DNA of 64,000 nucleotides from NCBI GenBank assembly GCA_020441905.1, contig JAGRLG010000024.1:17308-81307 (forward strand). Direction: 5' to 3'. Position numbers and translations under genes: made by a program. This document shows positions 56,471 to 64,000 of the stretch, one piece after another. Source of the DNA: Rhodobiaceae bacterium. Lineage in GTDB: Bacteria; Pseudomonadota; Alphaproteobacteria; Rhizobiales; NORP267. The notes under the pieces are model-generated. The model ran no database searches. It was not told the origin of the DNA and saw nothing but the letters and a program-made list of their open reading frames with translations. Within the stretch, counting starts at the first letter, position 1. Every line of letters begins with the position of its first letter.

Positions 56471-57898
56471 ATGAAACTCCTCGAGCCGATCGATATCAAC
56501 GGAATGAAGGTGCCCAACCGGATAATGGTTCCGGCCATGGTGACGCGCCTGTCGGGCAGCGACGGCTTCGTCAACAAGGACATTACCGACCGCTATGTGC
56601 GCTATGCCGCCGGCGGCACCGGTTTGATCGTCGTCGAGGCCATGGCCATCCATCAGTCCAATTCAGGGCCGCTGCTGCGCATCAGCGACGACAAATACAT
56701 CCCCGGCCTGTCCGACCTGGTGAAGAAGATCCACGACACCTCGGATTCCAAGGTGGTGCCGCAGATCATCCATTTCCTGAAGATCGCGCGCTCGGGCTGG
56801 CGCCAGACCCTCGACATGCTCTCGCTCGCCGATATCGAACTCATCATCGAGCAATTCGGCGACGCCGTGGCCAGGGCGAGGGAAGCCGGTTTCGACGGCG
56901 CCGAGTTGCATTCGGCCCACGCCTATACGCTGGCTTCCTTCATGTCGCGCGCCAATCCGCGCAACGACGATTACGGGCGCTCGCTGGAAGGCCGCCTGCA
57001 CATGATCGGCAAGGTGATGGAAAATGTGCGCAGGAAGGCGGGCAAGGACTTTCCCGTCGGCGTCCGCTTTCTCGCCGATGAATACATCAAGGACGGCTAC
57101 AACATCACCGAGTCGCGCCTGATCGCGCTGCGCCTCGCCCAGCTCGGCTATGACTATCTGTCGATCTCGGTCGGCGGCAAATTCGAGGACGCCATCCACA
57201 AGGAAGGCGAGGTGCCCTATCCCTACACCGGCTATTCCGGCGACCGCTGCATGCCCGGCGACTGGTTCGCGCCCGCCCTGCACGCCCATCTTGGCGGCGA
57301 GATCAAGTCCTTCATCAATTCTAGGGGCTACAACACCCCGGTCATCGTCGCCGGCAAGATTTCCGATCCTGAAATCGCCGACAGGCTGATCGCCGACGGC
57401 ACAGTCGACATGGTGGCCATCGCCCGCGGCCTGCTCGCCGACCCCGACTGGGTGCGCAAGATCAAGGAGAACCAGCGCGATCACATCATCCAGTGCGACT
57501 ATTGCAACTGGTGCAAGCATCTCGACGGCACCCATCAGGAGGTGCGCTGCATCCTGTGGCCCAAGGAGGATATGCAGGCCCCGGTCTACAATGTCTCGGC
57601 GACACCCCCTGCCTGGGGCGCCGAGGGCGCCGGCATTACCGCCAAATTCGAGAAAGGCGCCGTCACCCTGGCGTGGAAGAAGGCGGCCGGCAATGTCGAG
57701 AGCTATGACGTCTACCGCGCCGACGACAGCGGCGAGGTCCATGCCACCAAGGCCGTGCGCGCCGTGCGCTGGTCCGACAAGACCGCCATCGCCGGCATGC
57801 GCTATACCTATTACGTCCGCCCGCGCGATGAATTCGGCAATGCCGGCCCGGCTTCCGACAAGGTCGAGATCGAGGCCCGGCTGGCTGAAATGGCGTAA
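56471..57898 (+). CDS. Old-Yellow-Enzyme-family flavin oxidoreductase with 4-Cys cluster motif and C-terminal Fn3-like domain
   Basis: The N-terminal TIM-barrel pattern (INGMKVPNRIMVPAM...YAAGGTGLIVVEA...AGFDGAELHSAHAYTLASF) is followed by CDYCNWCKHLDGTHQEVRC, a C-x2-C-x2-C-x11-C spacing. The last ~100 aa carry an Fn3-like pattern (VTLAWKK...VESYDVYRAD...YTYYVRPRDEFGN). No FAD/NAD(P)H Rossmann domains are present. Confidence 0.75.
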   Translation: MKLLEPIDINGMKVPNRIMVPAMVTRLSGSDGFVNKDITDRYVRYAAGGTGLIVVEAMAIHQSNSGPLLRISDDKYIPGLSDLVKKIHDTSDSKVVPQIIHFLKIARSGWRQTLDMLSLADIELIIEQFGDAVARAREAGFDGAELHSAHAYTLASFMSRANPRNDDYGRSLEGRLHMIGKVMENVRRKAGKDFPVGVRFLADEYIKDGYNITESRLIALRLAQLGYDYLSISVGGKFEDAIHKEGEVPYPYTGYSGDRCMPGDWFAPALHAHLGGEIKSFINSRGYNTPVIVAGKISDPEIADRLIADGTVDMVAIARGLLADPDWVRKIKENQRDHIIQCDYCNWCKHLDGTHQEVRCILWPKEDMQAPVYNVSATPPAWGAEGAGITAKFEKGAVTLAWKKAAGNVESYDVYRADDSGEVHATKAVRAVRWSDKTAIAGMRYTYYVRPRDEFGNAGPASDKVEIEARLAEMA

Positions 57899-58282
57899 CG
57901 CCTCGCACCTTTTCCTGCGCCTTTTTTCCAGCGCCGCCAGTTCCGTTCCGGGGCTGGCGGCGCTGTCTTGTTTGCTGCCTCCTTGCCTGGCTCCCCCCGC
58001 GCCGGCGCCGCCACCGCCTACGACCCGGGCCGGCTAAAGAATTCCAAAGTCAAACCAAAGACTTTGCAGGTCACATAGACTTGGCCTCCGGTTCCTTTGG
58101 GGCCCGCGCCAAAAAAAGCCGCGAGATCCGGCATGCAAGACCGGAACACAAGTTCGCCGGGACTTGCCGGAAACCGGGGCATTACAAGCGCCCGGCGCAC
58201 CGCAGGCCGGCAACCAGAAGGGAGAGCGATGGGCCCGAAGATTTGTCGCAGGCAAGCTTTAGGCACCTTGAATCCCTGCCGG

Positions 58283-58308
58283 CCAATTGTGCATCCCAAT
58301 TATGCATC
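58283..58308. promoter_or_regulatory. Tandem 13-mers CCAATTGTGCATC / CCAATTATGCATC upstream of the solute-binding protein gene
   Basis: Two adjacent copies with one mismatch. They also contain the inverted repeat TGCAT-N7-ATGCA. They lie about 77-100 nt upstream of ATG 58385. Confidence 0.4.
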
Positions 58309-58384
58309 CATGCCGGGGCCGGACCGCGCCACCACATTTTCCGCAAAAACAATTTGAGCAAACACAATCGACTGGGGAGAGACA

Positions 58385-59698
58385 ATGGGCAAGAACAGTA
58401 AGACAAAAGCAACCGGGGGCGGCCTGTCGCGGCGCACCCTGCTTCAGGCAACAGGCACCCTGGCCGCCAGCGGCCTCGCCACGTCCGTTTTCCGGACCGG
58501 CCCGGCCTTTGCCGCCAGCAGCACTATCAAGCTTGGTTTCGTCTCGCCGCGCACCGGCCCGCTGGCGCCTTTCGCCGAGGCCGATGCCTTCGTCATCGAA
58601 GCGGTCAACGCCTTGTTCAAGACCGGCCTCGACGTCGGCGGCAAGAAGCATGCCGTCGAGATCATCGTCAAGGACAGCCAATCCAACCCCAACCGCGCTG
58701 CCGAGGTGGCGTCCGACCTCATCCTCAAGGATGAAGTGGCCCTGATGCTGGTGTCCTCGACGCCAGAGACCACCAACCCGGTCGGCGACCAGTGCGAGGT
58801 CAATGGCGTGCCCTGCATTTCCACCGTGGCGCCCTGGCAGCCCTGGTTCTTCACCCGTGGCGGCAAGCCGGAAACCGGCTTTGAATGGACCTACCACTTC
58901 TTCTGGGGCCTCGAGGACATCATCCAGGTCTTCACCGACATGTGGGGTTCGCTGGACACCAACAAGACCGTCGGCGCCATCTGGCCCAATGACGGCGACG
59001 GCAATGCCTGGGGCGATCCCAAGCTCGGCTTCCCGCCGGTCCTCGGCAAGCAGGGCTACCGGATCGTCGATCCGGGCCGCTACCAGAATCTGAGCGACGA
59101 TTTTTCCGCCCATATCGGCGAGTTCAAGAAGAACAATGTCGAAATCCTGACCGGGGTGCCGATCCCGCCCGATTTCACCACCTTCTGGACCCAGGCGGCG
59201 CAACAGGGCTTCAAGCCCAAGATCGCCAGCGTCGGCAAGGCGCTGCTGTTCCCGGTCGCCCTCGAGGCACTGGGTGACCTTGGCACCGGCCTGTCCTCGG
59301 AAGTGTGGTGGACGCCTTCCCACCCCTTCGCCTCCTCGCTGAGCAAGCAGAGCTCGGCCGAGCTGGCGGCCGCTTTCGAGAAATCGACCGGCAAGCAATG
59401 GACCCAGCCCATCGGCTTTGCCCATGCCCTGTTCGAGATCGCCGCCGATGCCCTGAAGCGCGCCGGCGACATCACCAAGCCGGCCTCGGTGCGCGATGCC
59501 GTTGCCGCCACCGATCTCGACACCATTGTCGGCAAGGTCAAGTGGGGCGGCGGCGGGCCGTTCAAGAATGTCGCCAAGACGCCGCTTGTCGGCGGCCAGT
59601 GGCGCCGCGGCAAGACGCACAAATACGACCTTGCCGTGGTCTCCAACACCATGGCGCCGAATATTCCCGCCGAGGGCAAGCTGGAACCGATCGCCTGA
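58385..59698 (+). CDS. Tat-exported ABC-type periplasmic solute-binding protein (Leu/Ile/Val-binding-protein-like family)
   Basis: GGGGAGAG RBS. SRRTLLQATGTLAASGL...AFAAS is a twin-arginine signal. IKLGFVSPRTGPLAPFAE is a typical type I SBP start. No permease or ATPase genes are adjacent. Confidence 0.8.
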   Translation: MGKNSKTKATGGGLSRRTLLQATGTLAASGLATSVFRTGPAFAASSTIKLGFVSPRTGPLAPFAEADAFVIEAVNALFKTGLDVGGKKHAVEIIVKDSQSNPNRAAEVASDLILKDEVALMLVSSTPETTNPVGDQCEVNGVPCISTVAPWQPWFFTRGGKPETGFEWTYHFFWGLEDIIQVFTDMWGSLDTNKTVGAIWPNDGDGNAWGDPKLGFPPVLGKQGYRIVDPGRYQNLSDDFSAHIGEFKKNNVEILTGVPIPPDFTTFWTQAAQQGFKPKIASVGKALLFPVALEALGDLGTGLSSEVWWTPSHPFASSLSKQSSAELAAAFEKSTGKQWTQPIGFAHALFEIAADALKRAGDITKPASVRDAVAATDLDTIVGKVKWGGGGPFKNVAKTPLVGGQWRRGKTHKYDLAVVSNTMAPNIPAEGKLEPIA

Positions 59699-59784
59699 TC
59701 TCCAGCCCTGGCCGGATGCGATATGGCGCGGTCCCGATCCGGGGCCGCGCCTTCATCTTGTTGGCCGACCTTTTGCCGCCTTGC

Positions 59785-60567
59785 CTACCCCTCGCGCGGC
59801 ACGATCTTCTCGCGCATCATCGCCACCATTTCGGCGCCCCCGGCATAGAGCGCCTCGGGGATCTTGGAGCGGTCCATCAGCGCTGCAAGATCGACCGGCT
59901 TTCCCGATGCATAGACCATCACCGCGCCGACCCGCTCCAGCAGCAGCGAGGGCAGCGCCAGGTCCCACAGATTGATCGAACGGTCGAAGAACAATCCGCG
60001 CACCGCCCCCTTGGTCAGCAGGCAGAGCTGGTAGATCGGCGCCCCAAGGCAATAGACCCGGCCCGGAAAGTCGACCGAAAAGCTCTTGTGGTGGTTGGTG
60101 GGCCCGAAAATGAAGCTGTTGGGCTTAAGCTCAAGGCCAAGATCGGGTTGCAGCGGTGCCTCGTTGCAAAAGGCGCCGCCTTCCGGTCCGGCCCAGAACA
60201 ATTCCCCGGTCACCGGATTGATCGCGGCGCCGGCCACCGGGCGCGCGCCGTCCATCAGGCAAACTGCCGGCGTCCATAGCGGCATCCGGGCGGCAAAGGC
60301 CCGGGTGCCGTCCAGCGCGTCGACGATCCAGGAGCAGGTGGCACCGTTTCGCGGCGCCCGGTTCTTATCCGTTTCCTCGCCGATATAGCCATAATCCGGC
60401 GCCAGCGCCGCCAGCGCCGCTTTCAGGAAAGCCTCGATCGCCTCGTCGGCCTCGGTGACAAAGGTCTGGTCGCTTTTGAGCCTGGGCGCCACCTTGCCGT
60501 AATGGCGCCGGCCAAGCTCGCCGGCTTCGAGCACAATCCTCTTCAGCTCTTCGATGTCGATGCTCAC
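59785..60567 (-). CDS. Inositol-monophosphatase-family phosphatase
   Basis: GTG start after GGAGGGG. TEADEAIE, IGEE and WIVDALDGTRAF metal-binding motifs. Confidence 0.8.
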   Translation of the reverse strand: MSIDIEELKRIVLEAGELGRRHYGKVAPRLKSDQTFVTEADEAIEAFLKAALAALAPDYGYIGEETDKNRAPRNGATCSWIVDALDGTRAFAARMPLWTPAVCLMDGARPVAGAAINPVTGELFWAGPEGGAFCNEAPLQPDLGLELKPNSFIFGPTNHHKSFSVDFPGRVYCLGAPIYQLCLLTKGAVRGLFFDRSINLWDLALPSLLLERVGAVMVYASGKPVDLAALMDRSKIPEALYAGGAEMVAMMREKIVPREG

Positions 60568-60603
60568 GCGCGCCCCTCCCCGGCCGCCGCCGCAAGGTGG
60601 CCC

Positions 60604-62295
60604 TTACGACGCCCGCTCCAGGATTTCCACCACGCCGGCGGCGCCGTCGATCCTGACCAGGTCGCCATTGCGGATCGAATTGGTGGCGTTCCAGGTGCCC
60701 ACCACCGCCGGAATGCCATATTCGCGCGCCGCGATGGCGGCATGGGTCAGCATGCCCCCGGTATCGGTCACCACCCCGCCGATCTTCAGGAAAAGCGGCG
60801 TCCAGGCGGTGCCGGTAAAGGGCGCCACCAGGATCTCGCCCGACTGGACCTCGGCAAAGCCGGAAAAATCGGTCACCACCCGCGCCCGGCCCTCGACCAC
60901 GCCTGCCGAACCGGCAAAGCCGGTCAGCCGTTCGGCCACCACCTTCTCGCCCTTGGGATGCAGGATCTCGTCGATGATGCCGAACACCTTGATGGCGATG
61001 GGATCGGTCATCGTCTTGGGCACATTGCCAAGCGTCAGCGGCGCGTCCTCGTGCTTGGCCTCTTCCCAGTCGGCCTTGCGCTCGTCGATCAGCGCCGGCA
61101 CCATCGCGGCGTGATGGTAGAGCGCGATCTTCTCGCTGCGCCCCAGATCGAGAATGATCTCCTTCAGATCGCTCATGGACAGGAAGAAGATATCCTTGGC
61201 CTCCTTGATGAGGCCGATGCCGGCCAGCCTTGTGCCGACGTTGATCAGGAAGTCATGCAGCGCCGCCGTCGATCCCTGATCGATGTAGAAGCCGTGATCC
61301 TCCTGATAGGCATAGACCTTCTGGCCGATTTCGAGCATGGAGCGGAATTTCTCCAGATCTCCCGGCGGCACCTTTTTCTCGAACTCGGAGATTGCCTTTT
61401 CGCGTGCGGCAAAGACGCCCTCGCGCGCCTGGTAATAGTCCCAGCCATCCTCCATACGCTTGAAGTAGCTCTTGATGGTATTGAGCACCGGGCTGGGGTC
61501 CTCGCGCCAGGTCGAGAACAGCACGTCGAGATGGGCGGCATTGATGCGATTGCCATAGGCTTCCAGAAAATCGGCGAATTCGCCAAGCCAGCCCGCAGCT
61601 TCCTTGATGCCGCCCAGCACCCGCAGGAGGTTTTCCGTCGGCGTCGCCATGAAGATTTCCTGAAGGCCGCGCTCGCGGGCCGCCAGCGCCAGTTTCCAGA
61701 TTTCCTCGTCGGTACGCGCCGGCATGGATTCGAAGCCCTGCAGCATGGCGATAAAGCCGCCTTCGTCGAGATCCATGCCCTTGCAATAGCCCTCGAACTC
61801 CAGATAGAGCGTGTCGGCCGGATACATCAGGATGAAGTGGATCTCCCAATTGCGCCGGTTGAGGTCGTCGGCGCGGCGCACCTGTTCGATCAGCTCGGCC
61901 CAGGACGCATTGGCGACATCGAAGCCGCGCATGGCCGCGTTGTTGGCCTTCACCTCCTCGATATAGTCGGCATAGAAGCTGTCCCAGTTGTTGCGGCAGT
62001 TATCGACATATTTCGCAAATTCCTGAGCCCGCTCGGCAACCTCGCTTTCATCCTTGATCAGCGCGAAGCCGAGATAGACCCGGCCCTTGTGGATCTTGAC
62101 ATGGGCGCCCTTGGAGGGCGGCAGCTGGGTTTCCTCGGCGGCGACGTGATAGCCCCAGGCGTGGTGCTTCTGCACCGTCGTCATCCCCATCGGGGACATC
62201 GGATTGGGCTGGTGCAGGTCGTCGCGAAACCAGAAAATGTCGGCGTCCCTTTCGGGACGCAATGTGCGCAATGCCGAGATGCTGCGATCTTTCAT
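60604..62295 (-). CDS. PEP-utilising-enzyme family protein: large N-terminal domain of unknown specificity plus C-terminal swivelling phosphohistidine domain (PpsA-of-phenylphosphate-synthase-like architecture)
   Basis: The C-terminus GSAGVVEGRARVV...GEILVAPFTGTAWTPLF...GGVVTDTGGMLTHAAIAAREYGIPAVVG is the PEP-utilizers mobile domain with the phospho-His. The N-terminal ~430 aa has no ATP-grasp motifs. GGGAAGGAA RBS. Confidence 0.65.
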   Translation of the reverse strand: MKDRSISALRTLRPERDADIFWFRDDLHQPNPMSPMGMTTVQKHHAWGYHVAAEETQLPPSKGAHVKIHKGRVYLGFALIKDESEVAERAQEFAKYVDNCRNNWDSFYADYIEEVKANNAAMRGFDVANASWAELIEQVRRADDLNRRNWEIHFILMYPADTLYLEFEGYCKGMDLDEGGFIAMLQGFESMPARTDEEIWKLALAARERGLQEIFMATPTENLLRVLGGIKEAAGWLGEFADFLEAYGNRINAAHLDVLFSTWREDPSPVLNTIKSYFKRMEDGWDYYQAREGVFAAREKAISEFEKKVPPGDLEKFRSMLEIGQKVYAYQEDHGFYIDQGSTAALHDFLINVGTRLAGIGLIKEAKDIFFLSMSDLKEIILDLGRSEKIALYHHAAMVPALIDERKADWEEAKHEDAPLTLGNVPKTMTDPIAIKVFGIIDEILHPKGEKVVAERLTGFAGSAGVVEGRARVVTDFSGFAEVQSGEILVAPFTGTAWTPLFLKIGGVVTDTGGMLTHAAIAAREYGIPAVVGTWNATNSIRNGDLVRIDGAAGVVEILERAS

Positions 62296-62520
62296 GGCCG
62301 TTCCTTCCCCTTACCCCACCGGCGCCGGGGCTGACGCCGGAAACGGGCGATAACCGCCGCGCGCCTTTTGGTGAAGGCCGCGGCACACCCGAATTATTCT
62401 TGGATCGACGCCGGTCTTTTCGCTGGCCGGTTCTTAGATCTATTTGAATTCCATGATTATTTTCGGGCGGGGCATAGTCGGCGCCCCGCCCTTTCAGTAT
62501 AGCTCAAGCCGTTGCCTGTA

Positions 62521-63588
62521 CTAGGCGGCTTCCACCTTGCGCCCGCCGAGGACCATGTTCTGCGGCATCTCCGGCAGACCGAAGAATTTCTCGGCATTGC
62601 CGCCGAGCAGCAGGTTGCGGTCCTTGTCCGACAGCTTGGTTTCGTCGGCCAGGTCCATGATCGACTTGATGGCGCCTTCCGGATCTCCGACCCGGTGGGC
62701 ATAGTCGGTGCCGATCATGAGGTGCTCGACGCCAACCCATTCCATGGCGCATTTCATCGCCGGCAGGTAGAAGCTGGTGGTGTCCGGCCACACCCGCTCG
62801 CGATAGGTCTGCTCCGGGTTCTGGGAGAGCTCGAGGCCCCATTCCTTGGAATAGCCCTTCCAGGAGTCCTTGAGGCGGCGCACCAGATAGGGCGCGATGC
62901 CGCCCAGATGCGAATGGATCATCCGCAGGTTGGGATATTTCTCGAACACGCCATTGAAGATCAGGCTGATCACCGCAAGCGTCGAATCCACCGTATAGCC
63001 ATAGAGCTGATAGGGGATGCGCGACTTGTCCATGGCGGCTGCGGTCAGCGGCACCGTGGGATGCATCAGAACGGGGAGCTTGAGCTTGTTGATGGTGGCG
63101 AAGACCTCGTCGAATTTGGGATCGAACATGACGTCGCCCTGGCAGTTCGAGAACATCTGGATGCCCTTGACCCCCAGTTCCTTGTGGCAGCGCTCCAGCT
63201 CCTTGCAGGCCTCCTCCGGGTTCTGATAGGGCAGTGCGGCCATGGTGAAGATGCGGTGGGGATATTTGGCCGCTTCCTCGGCGAAATGGTCGTTGATTTT
63301 CTTGGCCCAGTAGACGCCGGCCTCCGGTTCGAGAAGTTCCGGACCCGGAACGGTCTTCGAAATGACCTGGGTATCCATGCCGGCGGCATCGAGGTCGCGG
63401 ATGCGGGCGTCCATGTCGTAATGGCCGGGGCGGTCGATATGGGCGACGATGACGTCGCCGGCCTTCATGACATAGGAGTTCTCGCCGGTCTTGATCGCCC
63501 GGCACCAGCGGCCCTGCCGGCTCTCCAGATAATCGATATATTCTCGCGGGTAGAAGTGATTGTGAACGTCGACCGTTCTCTGCACCAT
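62521..63588 (-). CDS. Amidohydrolase_2 (ACMSD-type) metal-dependent decarboxylase family protein
   Basis: Start moved to ATG 63588 (AAGGAGA plus 6 nt). VDVHNHFYP, HPTVP, MIHSHLGG and IGTDYAH are metal/active-site positions typical of non-oxidative aromatic acid decarboxylases. Confidence 0.8.
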   Translation of the reverse strand: MVQRTVDVHNHFYPREYIDYLESRQGRWCRAIKTGENSYVMKAGDVIVAHIDRPGHYDMDARIRDLDAAGMDTQVISKTVPGPELLEPEAGVYWAKKINDHFAEEAAKYPHRIFTMAALPYQNPEEACKELERCHKELGVKGIQMFSNCQGDVMFDPKFDEVFATINKLKLPVLMHPTVPLTAAAMDKSRIPYQLYGYTVDSTLAVISLIFNGVFEKYPNLRMIHSHLGGIAPYLVRRLKDSWKGYSKEWGLELSQNPEQTYRERVWPDTTSFYLPAMKCAMEWVGVEHLMIGTDYAHRVGDPEGAIKSIMDLADETKLSDKDRNLLLGGNAEKFFGLPEMPQNMVLGGRKVEAA

Positions 63589-63623
63589 GACACTCTCCTT
63601 GGGTAGGGTTGCGTTGTATTCCT

Positions 63624-64000
63624 TCATTCATCCAGATCGCGGATCTTGCGTGCCTGGAGGATGAACAGCTGTCCGTCCTGGAACGCCCATTCGATATCCG
63701 CGGGAAAGTTGAACTGTTCTTCGATGAGGCGGCCGACCCGGCACAGCTCGCCAAGCTGCGCCTCGCTCAAGGTCGGCTGCCCCGCCTTGTCGGCGGGCAC
63801 TGGCACTTCCATGCGGCCCTGGCCCTGGCCGTCATCCATCACCACCATCAGGTTCTTGTTGGCGATCGCCTTCTGGCGCAGCGCGCCGCTGGCCTTGTCG
63901 AGCAGATAGGAATCGGTCATCGAACGGCCTGAAACCACCGATTCCCCGATCCCCCAATTGGACTCGATCATGCAGTCGCCGCGCGACTTGGTGATCGGAT
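63624..64000 (-). CDS. PEP/pyruvate-binding (PPDK_N, ATP-grasp) domain protein, C-terminal part only; gene start lies beyond the window end
   Basis: The frame is open to nt 64000. WGIGESVVSG...SYLLDK...NFPADIEWAFQDGQLFILQARKI is the conserved C-terminal end of the nucleotide-binding domain of PEP synthase, phenylphosphate synthase subunit B and rifampicin phosphotransferase. Confidence 0.65.
   Translation of the reverse strand, partial: PITKSRGDCMIESNWGIGESVVSGRSMTDSYLLDKASGALRQKAIANKNLMVVMDDGQGQGRMEVPVPADKAGQPTLSEAQLGELCRVGRLIEEQFNFPADIEWAFQDGQLFILQARKIRDLDE

Noticed and set aside
60502-62334. 610-aa plus-strand ORF, together with 58259-59620 (minus), 53252-54748 (minus) and 48167-49888 (plus)
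   Set aside because: Each is antisense to a gene with clear family motifs (PEP-utilising enzyme, SBP, adenylase, malate synthase). They are shadow ORFs.

Overview
GC-rich 64-kb chromosomal window. Gene content, operon layout and protein N-termini suggest an alphaproteobacterium, probably Hyphomicrobiales/Rhizobiales-like; this is inference, no search was run. I can support about 60 protein genes and 2 tRNAs. I saw no rRNA, CRISPR array, transposase, integrase or phage genes. Many long ORFs in the supplied track are antisense shadow ORFs of the real genes, as expected at this GC content, and I rejected them. Layout: (1) 1-38 kb is mostly housekeeping: uppP, queG, infC, rpmI-rplT-pheS-pheT, lepA, mepA, msrA, argG, typA, yggT-yggU-folD and oxyR/katG. 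Interspersed are a MarR/cytochrome b561/ftrABCD iron-uptake locus, two tandem PAP2 phosphatase paralogs and a GGDEF-EAL sensor gene that looks frameshifted. (2) 38.2-42.2 kb is a tight four-gene cassette of circularly permuted ATP-grasp, alpha-E, transglutaminase and Anbu proteasome-like protease. This cassette is known bioinformatically, but its function is unresolved. (3) 42.5-51 kb holds a GATase/TerB pair, a gentisate-pathway operon, glcB and a MetE-like gene. (4) 51-64 kb, running off the window edge, looks accessory and is the most interesting part. It has a MEDS-wHTH-BTAD regulator, a stand-alone EntE/DhbE-type aryl-acid adenylase, an SDR and a MarR. It also has an Old-Yellow-Enzyme/[4Fe-4S] protein with an Fn3-like tail, an orphan Tat-exported solute-binding protein and an IMPase-family phosphatase. 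Finally, a split PEP-synthase-type phosphotransferase pair brackets an amidohydrolase_2 (ACMSD-type) decarboxylase. A 14-bp near-palindrome, GTTTAAGCTTGAAC, occurs three times in this cluster's promoter regions. I read the cluster as a candidate undescribed route for activating, carboxylating and reducing a phenolic compound. That reading is a hypothesis built from domain logic only.
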